Shown here piece after piece: positions 1 to 8,519 of a DNA stretch of 53,798 nt. The stretch lies in the NCBI GenBank assembly GCA_046759165.1, contig JBHIBS010000009.1, positions 1-53,798 on the forward strand, given 5' to 3'. The notes beneath the pieces were generated by a model. That model saw only the letters and a list, made by a program, of their open reading frames with translations, ran no database searches and was not told the origin of the DNA. Numbering within the stretch: the first letter of the stretch is position 1; each line of letters starts with the position of its first letter. A program made the translations under genes and the position numbers. This stretch comes from a bacterium. GTDB taxonomy: Bacteria > UBA6262 > WVXT01.

Positions 1-120
1 TGGGCCTGGCAGTAGTGAAGCGGGTTGTGGAAGCCGTGGAGTCAAGGTGGGAGTGGAGAGCAGACTGGGGAGGGAAGTAAGTTCTTCTTTACTCTGCTGA
101 AGGTATTCGATAAAAGTTGA
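1..120 (+). pseudogene. Frameshifted C-terminal remnant of a sensor histidine kinase (HATPase_c)
   Basis: Joining frame 3 (3-35, GLAVVKRVVEA), frame 2 (35-70, RGVKVGVESRLG) and frame 1 (70-120, EGSKFFFTLLKVFDKS*) reconstructs the kinase tail GLAIVKRIVEAHGGxxxVESxxGEGSxFxFTLP. Two 1-nt shifts are needed. Truncated by the window edge. Confidence 0.7.
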
Positions 121-123
121 AAG

Positions 124-1587
124 ATGGATAAAGAAAAGTTAACGGAAATTCTAAGGATTGCTTTAAGTGGAGGTGGAGATTTTGCCGACATATATATAGA
201 GAATAGGTTTACTAACGAAGTCACCTGTGAAGATAATAGAATTGAGAAGATCGTCTCAGGACAGGATATGGGAGCGGGAATAAGGCTAATCTCAGGAGAA
301 AGTAGTATATACGCTTCGACAAATAGGGTAACGGAGGCTGGACTAAAAGAATTAGCAAAAGAGATAGGAAACAATCTTCCAGAATCCGAAAAGACCAGAA
401 AAGGGAGCCTCTCTTTTTCTTCTAATAGCGACCTTAAGTCATCAAGTGAAAGTCGAGCCAACATAATCCACAGAATTGAAAAGCCACCTGGTAAAGTGCC
501 CATTGAAGAAAAAATTGGACTTGTTTTGCTGGGTAATCGAATTGCCAGAGAAGTTGACACAGATAGAATAAAGCAGGTGAGTATAAACTATTCTGATAAT
601 ATTATAGATATAACTATTGCTAATTTGGCTCTTTCCTCGAAATATGGTATGGTTAATGGGAACTGCATTGAAGAGAAGAGAACTTATACTACGTATCTGG
701 TGAGCGTTGTAGCTCAAGAGGGAGAAATAATCCAGACAGGTTATGAGCCTCTGGGAGGTTTGGTGGGATTTGAGTTATTTGATAGATATGATATTAAGAA
801 AATAGCCAGAGAGGCAGCAGAGAGAGCAGTCAAGATGCTGTTTGCCAAGAGAGCTCCCACTGGAGAAATGGCGGTCGTTTTGACATCTGCTGCAGGAGGA
901 ACTATGATTCATGAGGCGATCGGGCATTCCCTGGAAGCAGATTCGGTACAGAAGAAAGTATCTCCAGCCTATGCGGGGATGCTGGGCAAAAGGGTTACTT
1001 CTGAACTTGTCAATGTAGTCGACGATCCGACTATTCTCAACTACAGGGGTTCTTTCCATTTTGACGATGAAGGCACCCCTGCTCAGAAGACAATGTTGGT
1101 GGAAAGGGGAATTCTAAGAAACTATCTATACGATCGGTTCACAGCCCAAAAGGATGGAACTAAATCTACTGGAAACGGACGAAGAGAATCATACCATCAC
1201 CAGCCTATTCCCAGGATGAGTAATACCTATATTCTACCGGGCGACCACAAGCCAGAGGAAATCATTCGGTCCGTAAACAAAGGGCTTCTGGTGAAGAAGA
1301 TGGGTGGAGGTCAGGTGAATACAGCCAACGGCGATTTCGTCTTTGAAGTAGAAGAAGGTTACGAGATAATTAATGGTAAGGTAGGAGAAGTATTAAGAGG
1401 GGCAACTCTAATTGGGAATGGTCCTGAGGTCTTAAATTCGATTGTAATGGTCGGCAGTGACTTGGGCTTTAATATTGGCACTTGTGGCAAGGATGGGCAA
1501 TTGGTTCCGGTTACTGATGGTCAACCCACTATTCGCATAAAGAAGCTCACCATCGGTGGTACCCGCGTGAAAAGCACTCTCCGTTAA
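124..1587 (+). CDS. tldD: TldD/PmbA family metalloprotease (TldD type)
   Basis: 487 aa; GGDFADIY N-terminus, HEAIGH zinc motif, GNGRRESY, PRMSNT, GGGQV and CGKDGQ.VPV.DGQPT. Confidence 0.93.
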   Translation: MDKEKLTEILRIALSGGGDFADIYIENRFTNEVTCEDNRIEKIVSGQDMGAGIRLISGESSIYASTNRVTEAGLKELAKEIGNNLPESEKTRKGSLSFSSNSDLKSSSESRANIIHRIEKPPGKVPIEEKIGLVLLGNRIAREVDTDRIKQVSINYSDNIIDITIANLALSSKYGMVNGNCIEEKRTYTTYLVSVVAQEGEIIQTGYEPLGGLVGFELFDRYDIKKIAREAAERAVKMLFAKRAPTGEMAVVLTSAAGGTMIHEAIGHSLEADSVQKKVSPAYAGMLGKRVTSELVNVVDDPTILNYRGSFHFDDEGTPAQKTMLVERGILRNYLYDRFTAQKDGTKSTGNGRRESYHHQPIPRMSNTYILPGDHKPEEIIRSVNKGLLVKKMGGGQVNTANGDFVFEVEEGYEIINGKVGEVLRGATLIGNGPEVLNSIVMVGSDLGFNIGTCGKDGQLVPVTDGQPTIRIKKLTIGGTRVKSTLR

Positions 1588-1679
1588 AGTCAAACCCAAT
1601 TCGATTACTGATAGCCTTTGAAGGTCCTATTTAATTATATCAATGACATTTCGTGGGACCTCTAATTTCGGCTTTTTGC

Positions 1680-1708
1680 TTGACTTATAGGCGAAAATTG
1701 TGTATAGT
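1680..1708 (+). promoter_or_regulatory. Sigma70-type promoter
   Basis: TTGACT (1680-1685), 17-bp spacer, TATAGT (1703-1708). Confidence 0.65.
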
Positions 1709-2266
1709 TTTAAAGTGAGTTTGAGAAGTTCGAGAGTTAAAAAGTGGAAAAGTAAGGGAAGTAACTGATCTATAAATGTATGTTTGGGTAAGTAGATTTC
1801 TATCAAGGATGGGTAGGTTAACGGAACACTTACCCCATTTAGTTATGAAGGAGGCAAAGGGAAAAAACGGGTATCCCTGTTGTGTGTACTGAAGTGGCTA
1901 TAGAGCCGGGAAGAAAGGGAAGGCAGGCCGTTTCTTTAGACTTATTGATGTATGGTGATCCCATATATTGACGGGATGTTCGCTGTCCATTTAGCAGTTA
2001 GCAGAAACATAAAGTTGAAACGTATAAAATAGGAGATGAAGTGTCCGAGAGGAGTATGGTGATGGTGGCTCTGGTCGGTCGAGGCTTAGAGTCACTATGC
2101 CAGTTGCTGAAGATTCGACAGATTTTTTACCGGGCTATAGAGTGTGCTCCCACAGGCAACATAGGAATGCCCTAGAGACCAGACTGTAGTTTTAATTTGG
2201 AAAAGTATAAAGCAACTTTTACCTAAGTTTAGAAAGAACATTTGAGTTCTGGAGAGTATTTATTGG

Positions 2267-3109
2267 ATGGAAATTGGGATTTCGACTGGAATTCTATATA
2301 AGAATGATTTGATAGAGTCCTTACGGTTAATAAAAGAAGCAGGGTTTGACAATATCGAAGTTTGGGCTGGGATTGGAGGGGAAGGGAAGCGCGTTCACTA
2401 CGACTACCATGATTGGGATTATACAAGGAGATTGAAAGAGAAGCTTAAGGAGCTCACCTTACGAGTGGTTTCCTTACATGCTCCTTTCTCTGAAGAACTG
2501 GATATTTCCCGGCTGGAGGAAGAGAGAAGAGATTTCGCTGTTTCTGAAATCGAAAAAGCAATAGATGTTCTAGGATTTCTTGGGGGAAACATATTAGTAT
2601 TCCATCCGAGTACCGCTCCCTCACATTTTGAGAATTTAATTCAAAAGATGTATCGCCTGTCTCAGGCGAAAAAAAGCATAAGTGAGATTCTGAAATATTG
2701 CCAGGATAATCCCATAAAATTGGCCTTAGAGAATCAACTTCCCGATATTTTATGCGGGTATTCGGTCGATCTTTTGAGGTTAATTTGGGAAATAAATTCT
2801 CGAAAAGTAGGAATCTGTCTTGACACATCCCACGCAAATTTGTCCGAAAACGTTAGCGATGTAGTTAAAAAGTTTAAGGATTGGATTATAAGCCTTCACA
2901 TTTCTGATAATTTTGGAACTTCTGACGATCACAATATTCCTGGTAAAGGAAATATAAACTGGCAAATCTTTGTCCAGACATTGAAATTGGTTGAGTATAA
3001 AGGAGTATTTATGCTTGAGCTTCTGGAACAGGGTAAGGGATGGGATTCTCAGAAAGTGCTGAGGGAAGCTCTTGGAAGTGTTAAGCAAATACCAGGTGTT
3101 AAAGTTTAG
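2267..3109 (+). CDS. Sugar phosphate isomerase/epimerase family protein (xylose isomerase-like/AP endonuclease 2 TIM barrel)
   Basis: 280 aa; AGFDNIEV, SLHAPF, LENQ, LDTSH, HISDN..DDH..PG.G.INW and terminal LE metal ligands. Confidence 0.85.
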   Translation: MEIGISTGILYKNDLIESLRLIKEAGFDNIEVWAGIGGEGKRVHYDYHDWDYTRRLKEKLKELTLRVVSLHAPFSEELDISRLEEERRDFAVSEIEKAIDVLGFLGGNILVFHPSTAPSHFENLIQKMYRLSQAKKSISEILKYCQDNPIKLALENQLPDILCGYSVDLLRLIWEINSRKVGICLDTSHANLSENVSDVVKKFKDWIISLHISDNFGTSDDHNIPGKGNINWQIFVQTLKLVEYKGVFMLELLEQGKGWDSQKVLREALGSVKQIPGVKV

Positions 3110-3118
3110 GAGTCTGAA

Positions 3119-4396
3119 TTGAAGTATGAATCTATTCGCGGCACGCGGGATATCTTACCGCAAGAAGCCAAGAAGTGGCAATATCTGGAAAAAGTTGCTC
3201 GAGAAATATTTCAAAAGTATGGGTATGAAGAGGTCAGGACGCCCATTTTTGAAGTAACAGAGCTATTCCAGAGAAGTATTGGAGAAGATACAGATATTGT
3301 AACTAAAGAGATGTACACATTTTTGGATAAGAAGGGACGCAGCCTCACCTTAAGGCCAGAAGGGACTGCCGGAATAATCCGGGCAGTTATTGAAAATAAT
3401 CTCTACCGACAAAAAAGGATCACGAGGTTATACTACCTTGGTCCAATGTATCGCTATGAGAGACCACAAAAAGGAAGGCAACGTGAATTCTATCAGATTG
3501 GAGCTGAACTTATCGGTCCAGATAACCCCGCCAGCGATATAGAAATTGTTGCTCTGGTTTTGGAGTTTTTCGACGGTCTTGGGTTAAAAAATTTGGTCCT
3601 TTACCTGAATAGCGTTGGCTGTCCACGTTGCCGAGTTGGGTATCGGAAAAGCCTTAAGGAATATTTTAAGGATAAAATTAAAATGATGTGCATCGATTGT
3701 CAACGCAGGTATTCGCTCAATCCTATGAGGATTTTAGATTGTAAGGAAGAAGAAGACCGGATATATATAAAGAAATCTCCCAAAATCTCTGATTACCTTT
3801 GCAAAGACTGTCAGGAACAATTTGAAAAAGTAAAAGAATATTTAAACTTCGTGAAAATAGACTATTCCCTCGACCCGTATATGGTTAGAGGACTGGACTA
3901 TTACACAAAGGCTGCGTTCGAGATAAAATATGAGGGACTGGGCGGTCAAGACACTCTTGCTGCCGGAGGAAGGTACGACCGATTAGTTCGTGATTTAGGC
4001 GGGCCCGATTTGCCTGCCCTGGGTTTCGCTCTGGGTGTGGAAAGAGTCTTGGAGGCTATAGGGAGAGAAAAAATTGCACTCTCTTCTGGTGCCCAAACAG
4101 ATGTGTATGTGGCTACCTTAGGAGAGGAGGCGTTAAAAGAATCTATTAAGTTAATTCGTGAATTGCGCCATGAGAATTTGAAAGTCTTGAATGATTTTGA
4201 TCCGAGTAGCCTCAAGGCGCAGTTACGACAAGCAGATAAATGGAAGGTGAGATTTGCACTGATTATCGGTCAAGAAGAACTTTCTGGTAAAAGAGCCATA
4301 GTGAGAAATATGAAAACCGGTGGACAGGAAATTGTCGCATTTTCTGAGTTGAAGGGATACCTATTGCGAAACTGTTCCTGGAGCTCAGGTCGTTAG
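3119..4396 (+). CDS. hisS: Histidine--tRNA ligase
   Basis: RGTRD, KEMYTF, LRPEGTA, RYERPQKGRQREFYQIG, RGLDYY, GGRYD; TTG start after GGAG. Confidence 0.97.
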   Translation: MKYESIRGTRDILPQEAKKWQYLEKVAREIFQKYGYEEVRTPIFEVTELFQRSIGEDTDIVTKEMYTFLDKKGRSLTLRPEGTAGIIRAVIENNLYRQKRITRLYYLGPMYRYERPQKGRQREFYQIGAELIGPDNPASDIEIVALVLEFFDGLGLKNLVLYLNSVGCPRCRVGYRKSLKEYFKDKIKMMCIDCQRRYSLNPMRILDCKEEEDRIYIKKSPKISDYLCKDCQEQFEKVKEYLNFVKIDYSLDPYMVRGLDYYTKAAFEIKYEGLGGQDTLAAGGRYDRLVRDLGGPDLPALGFALGVERVLEAIGREKIALSSGAQTDVYVATLGEEALKESIKLIRELRHENLKVLNDFDPSSLKAQLRQADKWKVRFALIIGQEELSGKRAIVRNMKTGGQEIVAFSELKGYLLRNCSWSSGR

Positions 4397-4449
4397 ACCT
4401 GCCATTAGAAAGGATTGAGGGTTCATTAGCCGCTGCGTTCGCAAGAATT

Positions 4450-4629
4450 AAAAGGTAGTCTTTTCATCAGCAGCGAATTTCTTGACCCCAGAAAACTTTG
4501 GACTCTCGACGGCGAAAATCAAAGTTCTTCTCGCGCTCTCGCGGGTTCATCGACTAGTGATTTGCTTGTAAGAAGAGAAGGCATCCTTTTTTGGCTAAAA
4601 TTCCAAAAGCCCTTCACAGACTATCTTTT
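4450..4629. repeat. Family A conserved-end palindromic element, nested inside further inverted repeats
   Basis: Terminal arms AAAAGGTAGTCT (4450-4461) and AGACTATCTTTT (4618-4629). Subterminal TTCATCAGCAGCGAATTT and GGCTAAAATT..CTTCACA are shared with copies at 19093, 26237 (inverted) and 36277-36485. Outer stems 4399-4407/4638-4646 and 4367-4376/4688-4697. Confidence 0.7.
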
Positions 4630-4719
4630 GATGTTAGTAGTGGCAGAGCGAAATTCTGCGTTAACGTTACAGAAAATCCCTCGGAACGGCAGTTTTGAGA
4701 TCAAAATTTGGGGTTGAAC

Positions 4720-6585
4720 ATGCCTAAGTTGAAAAGAACCCACACATGTGGGGAATTAAGAAAGGAGAATATTGGACAGAAAATAGTCCTCTCAGGATGG
4801 GTGCACAGGTGGCGAGATCATGGGGGGATTATATTTATTGACCTAAGAGATAGAGAAGGAATTACTCAAATTGTCTTTGGTCGCCAGGAAAGGGCCGGTT
4901 CCCCGGCTAGAGAATTGGAGGCTCTGGCTCGGAAGCTTAGGGCTGAGTACGTGATCAGCGTAGGGGGACAAGTTGCTCCCAGGCCGGAAGGGACAGCCAA
5001 TCCTCAATTGTCCACAGGAGAAATTGAGGTATTAGCAGAAGAAGTAGAAGTTTTAAATAAGGCGAAAACGCCTCCCTTTGAAGTTAGTGACCAGGTCGAT
5101 GTGGCCGAAGAAGTGAGATTGAAGTATAGGTACATCGATTTGAGACGGCGGAAAATGCAGAGAAACCTGTTCCTAAGAAATAGAGTCTATAAAGCTACTA
5201 GGAACTTCTTCGATGAGCGTGGCTTTATAGAGGTGGAGACGCCATTTTTAACCAAATCTACCCCGGAAGGAGCGCGAGATTATCTGGTTCCTAGCCGAAT
5301 TAATCCCGGAAGCTTCTTTGCTCTGCCACAATCGCCACAGCTATTTAAGCAATTATTAATGGTTAGCGGGATAGAGAAATATTTTCAGATTGTAAAATGT
5401 TTTCGTGATGAGGACTTGCGAAAAGACCGTCAACCTGAGTTCACACAGATAGATTACGAGATGTCTTTTGCTGATGAAGAGGACATTCTTTCCATAACCG
5501 AGGAACTAATGGCCCGAGTGTTTAAGGAAATATTGAAGGTGAATATTTTCCTTCCCTTTCCACGACTCACTTATGAGGAATCATTCCGTAAATATGGGAC
5601 GGATAAGCCAGACGTCAGGTTTGCTATGGAATTGAAGGAGATTTCAGATATTGCTGAAAAGAGTGAATTCAAAATTTTTAAGGAAGCCCTGAAAAGAAAG
5701 GGTATTGTTTGTGCTTTGAATGCTAAGGGTCATGCTGAAGCTAGCCGAAAGGAACTCGATGAGTTAAAGGAAGTGGCTGGTGATTATGGAGCAAAAGGTT
5801 TGGCTTGGATGAAAATAATTGATAAAGTTCCCCAGTCACCTATAACTAAATTCTTTGAAGAAGAAGAACTAGATGCAATTGCTGAAAGGACCGAGGCGGA
5901 AGAAGGAGATTTGCTGCTGTTTGTTGCCGATAAAGCAGAAATTGTCTATGATGCTCTAAGTAAGCTGCGGAACTTTCTCGGCGAACGCTTAAATCTAATT
6001 CCACAGATGTCCTTTAATTCAGATTATTTCTTTTCTGACCGGTTCAAGATTGCTGTGGAAGCGAATTTCTTCTCCTTCGTCTGGATTGTGAACCCACCCC
6101 TTTTCGAATATAATGAAGAGGAGAAAAGGTGGGAATCTATGCACCACCCATTTACTGCACCCAGGGAAGGAGCTCTTCCTTTCTTGGAAAAGTTAACAGA
6201 GCTACCGAAGGACATGGAAGAAATTCACAAAATTCCTTCCCGGGCATATGACCTGATCCTGAACGGTCACGAGATAGGGGGCGGATCGATCAGAATTCAT
6301 CAGAGAGATTTACAGGAAAAGATATTCAGATTATTGAAAATTCCCCGTCAGGAATTTGAGGAGAAATTTGGATTTTTGCTCGAATCTTTGGGATATGGAG
6401 CTCCTCCTCACGGGGGATTTGCTTTTGGACTAGATAGATTGGTTATGATTTTAACTGGGAGCGATTCCATCAGGGATGTGATTGCTTTTCCCATGACCCA
6501 GAAAGTTTTCTCTCCTTTGACTAACGCTCCTTCTACAGTCTCAGAGAGGCAGCTAAAGGAACTGCACTTAAAATTAGAAGAATAG
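4720..6585 (+). CDS. aspS: Aspartate--tRNA(Asp/Asn) ligase, probably non-discriminating
   Basis: [56 protein letters not shown] 4720 preferred over TTG 4708. Confidence 0.97.
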   Translation: MPKLKRTHTCGELRKENIGQKIVLSGWVHRWRDHGGIIFIDLRDREGITQIVFGRQERAGSPARELEALARKLRAEYVISVGGQVAPRPEGTANPQLSTGEIEVLAEEVEVLNKAKTPPFEVSDQVDVAEEVRLKYRYIDLRRRKMQRNLFLRNRVYKATRNFFDERGFIEVETPFLTKSTPEGARDYLVPSRINPGSFFALPQSPQLFKQLLMVSGIEKYFQIVKCFRDEDLRKDRQPEFTQIDYEMSFADEEDILSITEELMARVFKEILKVNIFLPFPRLTYEESFRKYGTDKPDVRFAMELKEISDIAEKSEFKIFKEALKRKGIVCALNAKGHAEASRKELDELKEVAGDYGAKGLAWMKIIDKVPQSPITKFFEEEELDAIAERTEAEEGDLLLFVADKAEIVYDALSKLRNFLGERLNLIPQMSFNSDYFFSDRFKIAVEANFFSFVWIVNPPLFEYNEEEKRWESMHHPFTAPREGALPFLEKLTELPKDMEEIHKIPSRAYDLILNGHEIGGGSIRIHQRDLQEKIFRLLKIPRQEFEEKFGFLLESLGYGAPPHGGFAFGLDRLVMILTGSDSIRDVIAFPMTQKVFSPLTNAPSTVSERQLKELHLKLEE

Positions 6586-6589
6586 ATCT

Positions 6590-6780
6590 AATTATGAATT
6601 ATGAGTTATGAATTATAGAATGAATAGGAGGTTCTTGTAGGGGAGGCACTCCGTGGCGTCCTGTTTTTGACATATCAAACTTTGGCTTGACACTCCAGCA
6701 GGAGAGGTTAGCATCCTCATGCCATGAGCATGGCGAAGTCTAAGTTTTGATTCTTAATTTATCATTTATGAATCATAATT
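6590..6780. repeat. Composite intergenic palindrome: heptamer tandem repeats, degenerate GTAG-REP and multi-stem core
   Basis: AATTATG-type heptamer x4 (6590-6617) is complementary to TCATAATT/ATTCTTAATT (6750-6780). GTAG-GGGAGGCACTCCGTGGCGTCC at 6637-6661. Stem 6674-6688/6736-6751 encloses three short hairpins. Confidence 0.6.
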
Positions 6781-6798
6781 AAGGAAGGAGGTGAGGAA

Positions 6799-7365
6799 AT
6801 GAAGAGATTTTTGGGACTGTTTCTGCTGAGCCTTCTCTTGGTAGGGGTGACCGGATGCCCAAAAAGGCCTTTGGTTCCACCGGTTAATCAGGCCAGGCTG
6901 GATGCACAGCAGGCCATTGCTTCTGTCAGTGAAGCAATAAATGCTGCCTGGGAGGCCGGCGCTGATACTACAGAAGCAGAGGCTTTACTTGAGGAGGCAG
7001 AAAGAGCCTTTGATGATGGTGACTATGTAACTGCTATTTCCAAAGCCCGGGAGGCACAGTTATCTGCAAATCAAGCAAGAGAGGAGGCTTTAGCAAAGGC
7101 AAGAGAAGAAGCGGAATGGGAAGTTGTGGAAGAAGAAATCGTACCGGAAGAGGAAGTCGAAGAAGGAGTGGAAGAGGTAGTAGAAGTACCAAAGGTCTAT
7201 GTGGTGGGAACCTGGGAGAGGGACCGAGATTGTCTCTGGAACATCGCTAAGAAGGAGAGGTTTTACGGAGACCCTTGGAAGTGGAAGAGGATTTACAAAG
7301 CAAACCGGGACAAAATTGTGGATCCTGATCTAATTTACCCTGGGCAAAGGCTAACTATTCCTTAA
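6799..7365 (+). CDS. LysM-domain lipoprotein
   Basis: Signal peptide with lipobox VTG-C20, Ala/Glu-rich helical linker, C-terminal LysM-like [33 protein letters not shown]; strong SD GGAGGTGA. Confidence 0.85.
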   Translation: MKRFLGLFLLSLLLVGVTGCPKRPLVPPVNQARLDAQQAIASVSEAINAAWEAGADTTEAEALLEEAERAFDDGDYVTAISKAREAQLSANQAREEALAKAREEAEWEVVEEEIVPEEEVEEGVEEVVEVPKVYVVGTWERDRDCLWNIAKKERFYGDPWKWKRIYKANRDKIVDPDLIYPGQRLTIP

Positions 7366-7416
7366 CTGAAATTCAGACCATGAGATTCAGCGTATGAACA
7401 AATTTTGGTGGGAAAT

Positions 7417-7462
7417 GCGGAGGCGAGGTATCTTGCCGTCTGGCAAGGTACCGATCCTCTGC
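7417..7462 (+). other. Long intergenic hairpin with tandem G-A internal loop
   Basis: GCGGAGG-CGA-GGTATCTTGCC-gtct-GGCAAGGTACC-GAT-CCTCTGC; no U-tract follows. Confidence 0.55.
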
Positions 7463-7529
7463 GGCGTGGATAGAGGTGCTTGACCCGAGTTTTTTCGATG
7501 CCATATTATTGTTCTAAGAGGAGCTAAAT

Positions 7530-8492
7530 TTGGTCAGTAAAAAGATTACTTTGAAAAGTAATAGAGAAGCCATTCTTATTTTTGGGCAATATGACAGCAA
7601 TCTTCGGCTTATCGAAGCGTCTTTTCCAGTAGAGCTTTTCGCCCGAGGAAATACGTTGACAGTAAAAGGGAACTTAAAAAATATTAGAGATGTAGAGAAG
7701 TTAATTAATCAGTTATTGAAAATTGTCCGCAAGGATGAGATTCTAAGGACTCAACAGGTTGAATCTGCTATAGATATAATCCGTTCAACCCAGAGAAAAG
7801 AGCAGGAAAAGATTTTCTCGGATGTGGTTTATCTCACGGAGAAAGGTAAGGAGATTAAGCCCAAAACACTCCAGCAGAAGGTTTATGTTGATGCTATCAG
7901 GAATTACGATATAGTATTCAGTATCGGTCCTGCCGGAACTGGGAAGACCTATTTAGCTTGTGCCTGTGCTCTCCAAGCATTAAAAGAGGAGAGAGTTGAG
8001 CGAATAATGTTGACTCGTCCAGTTGTCGAAGCGGGAGAGAAACTTGGCTTTTTACCCGGTGATCTATATGAAAAGATAAATCCTTACTTGCATCCGCTCT
8101 ACGATGCTTTCTATTCCATGATTGGTCCAGAGAAGTTCCAGAGATATAGAAAGGAAGAGATTATTGAAATTATTCCTCTGGCTTATATGAGAGGTCGAAC
8201 ACTGGATGATGCTTTCATTATCTTAGATGAGGCTCAAAACACTACTCCTGACCAGATGAAGATGCTTCTAACTCGTCTGGGATTTGATGCACAGGGTGTA
8301 GTTACAGGCGATATTACTCAAGTGGATCTTGAGGATAAAAGGTCATCTGGCCTCATTCAGGTGCAGGGAATTTTGAAGAAAATCAAGGGAATAAAATTTA
8401 TATATTTTTCTGAAGCGGACGTCATTCGGCATCAGTTGGTTAAGAAAATCATTACCGCTTATGAGGAGTATGAAAGGAAAAACAAACCATAA
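7530..8492 (+). CDS. phoH: PhoH family ATPase with KH-like N-terminus (PhoH2/YbeZ type)
   Basis: GPAGTGKT, TRPVVEAGEKLGFLPGDL, PLAYMRGRTL, DEAQN, GDITQVDL. Confidence 0.95.
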   Translation: MVSKKITLKSNREAILIFGQYDSNLRLIEASFPVELFARGNTLTVKGNLKNIRDVEKLINQLLKIVRKDEILRTQQVESAIDIIRSTQRKEQEKIFSDVVYLTEKGKEIKPKTLQQKVYVDAIRNYDIVFSIGPAGTGKTYLACACALQALKEERVERIMLTRPVVEAGEKLGFLPGDLYEKINPYLHPLYDAFYSMIGPEKFQRYRKEEIIEIIPLAYMRGRTLDDAFIILDEAQNTTPDQMKMLLTRLGFDAQGVVTGDITQVDLEDKRSSGLIQVQGILKKIKGIKFIYFSEADVIRHQLVKKIITAYEEYERKNKP

Positions 8493-8519
8493 AATGCAAT
8501 AAAAGGTAGGTAGTTTATT

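Noticed and set aside
1709-2266. T-box, tmRNA, RNase P or OLE RNA
   Set aside because: No GGTGGNACCGCG T-box, no tRNA-like ends and no GAGGAAAGTCC. I noticed only a faint local resemblance to OLE near 1790-1840, without its downstream conserved blocks as I recall them.
7417-7462. Intrinsic terminator after the LysM gene
   Set aside because: Strong stem but no following U-tract; kept only as a structured element.
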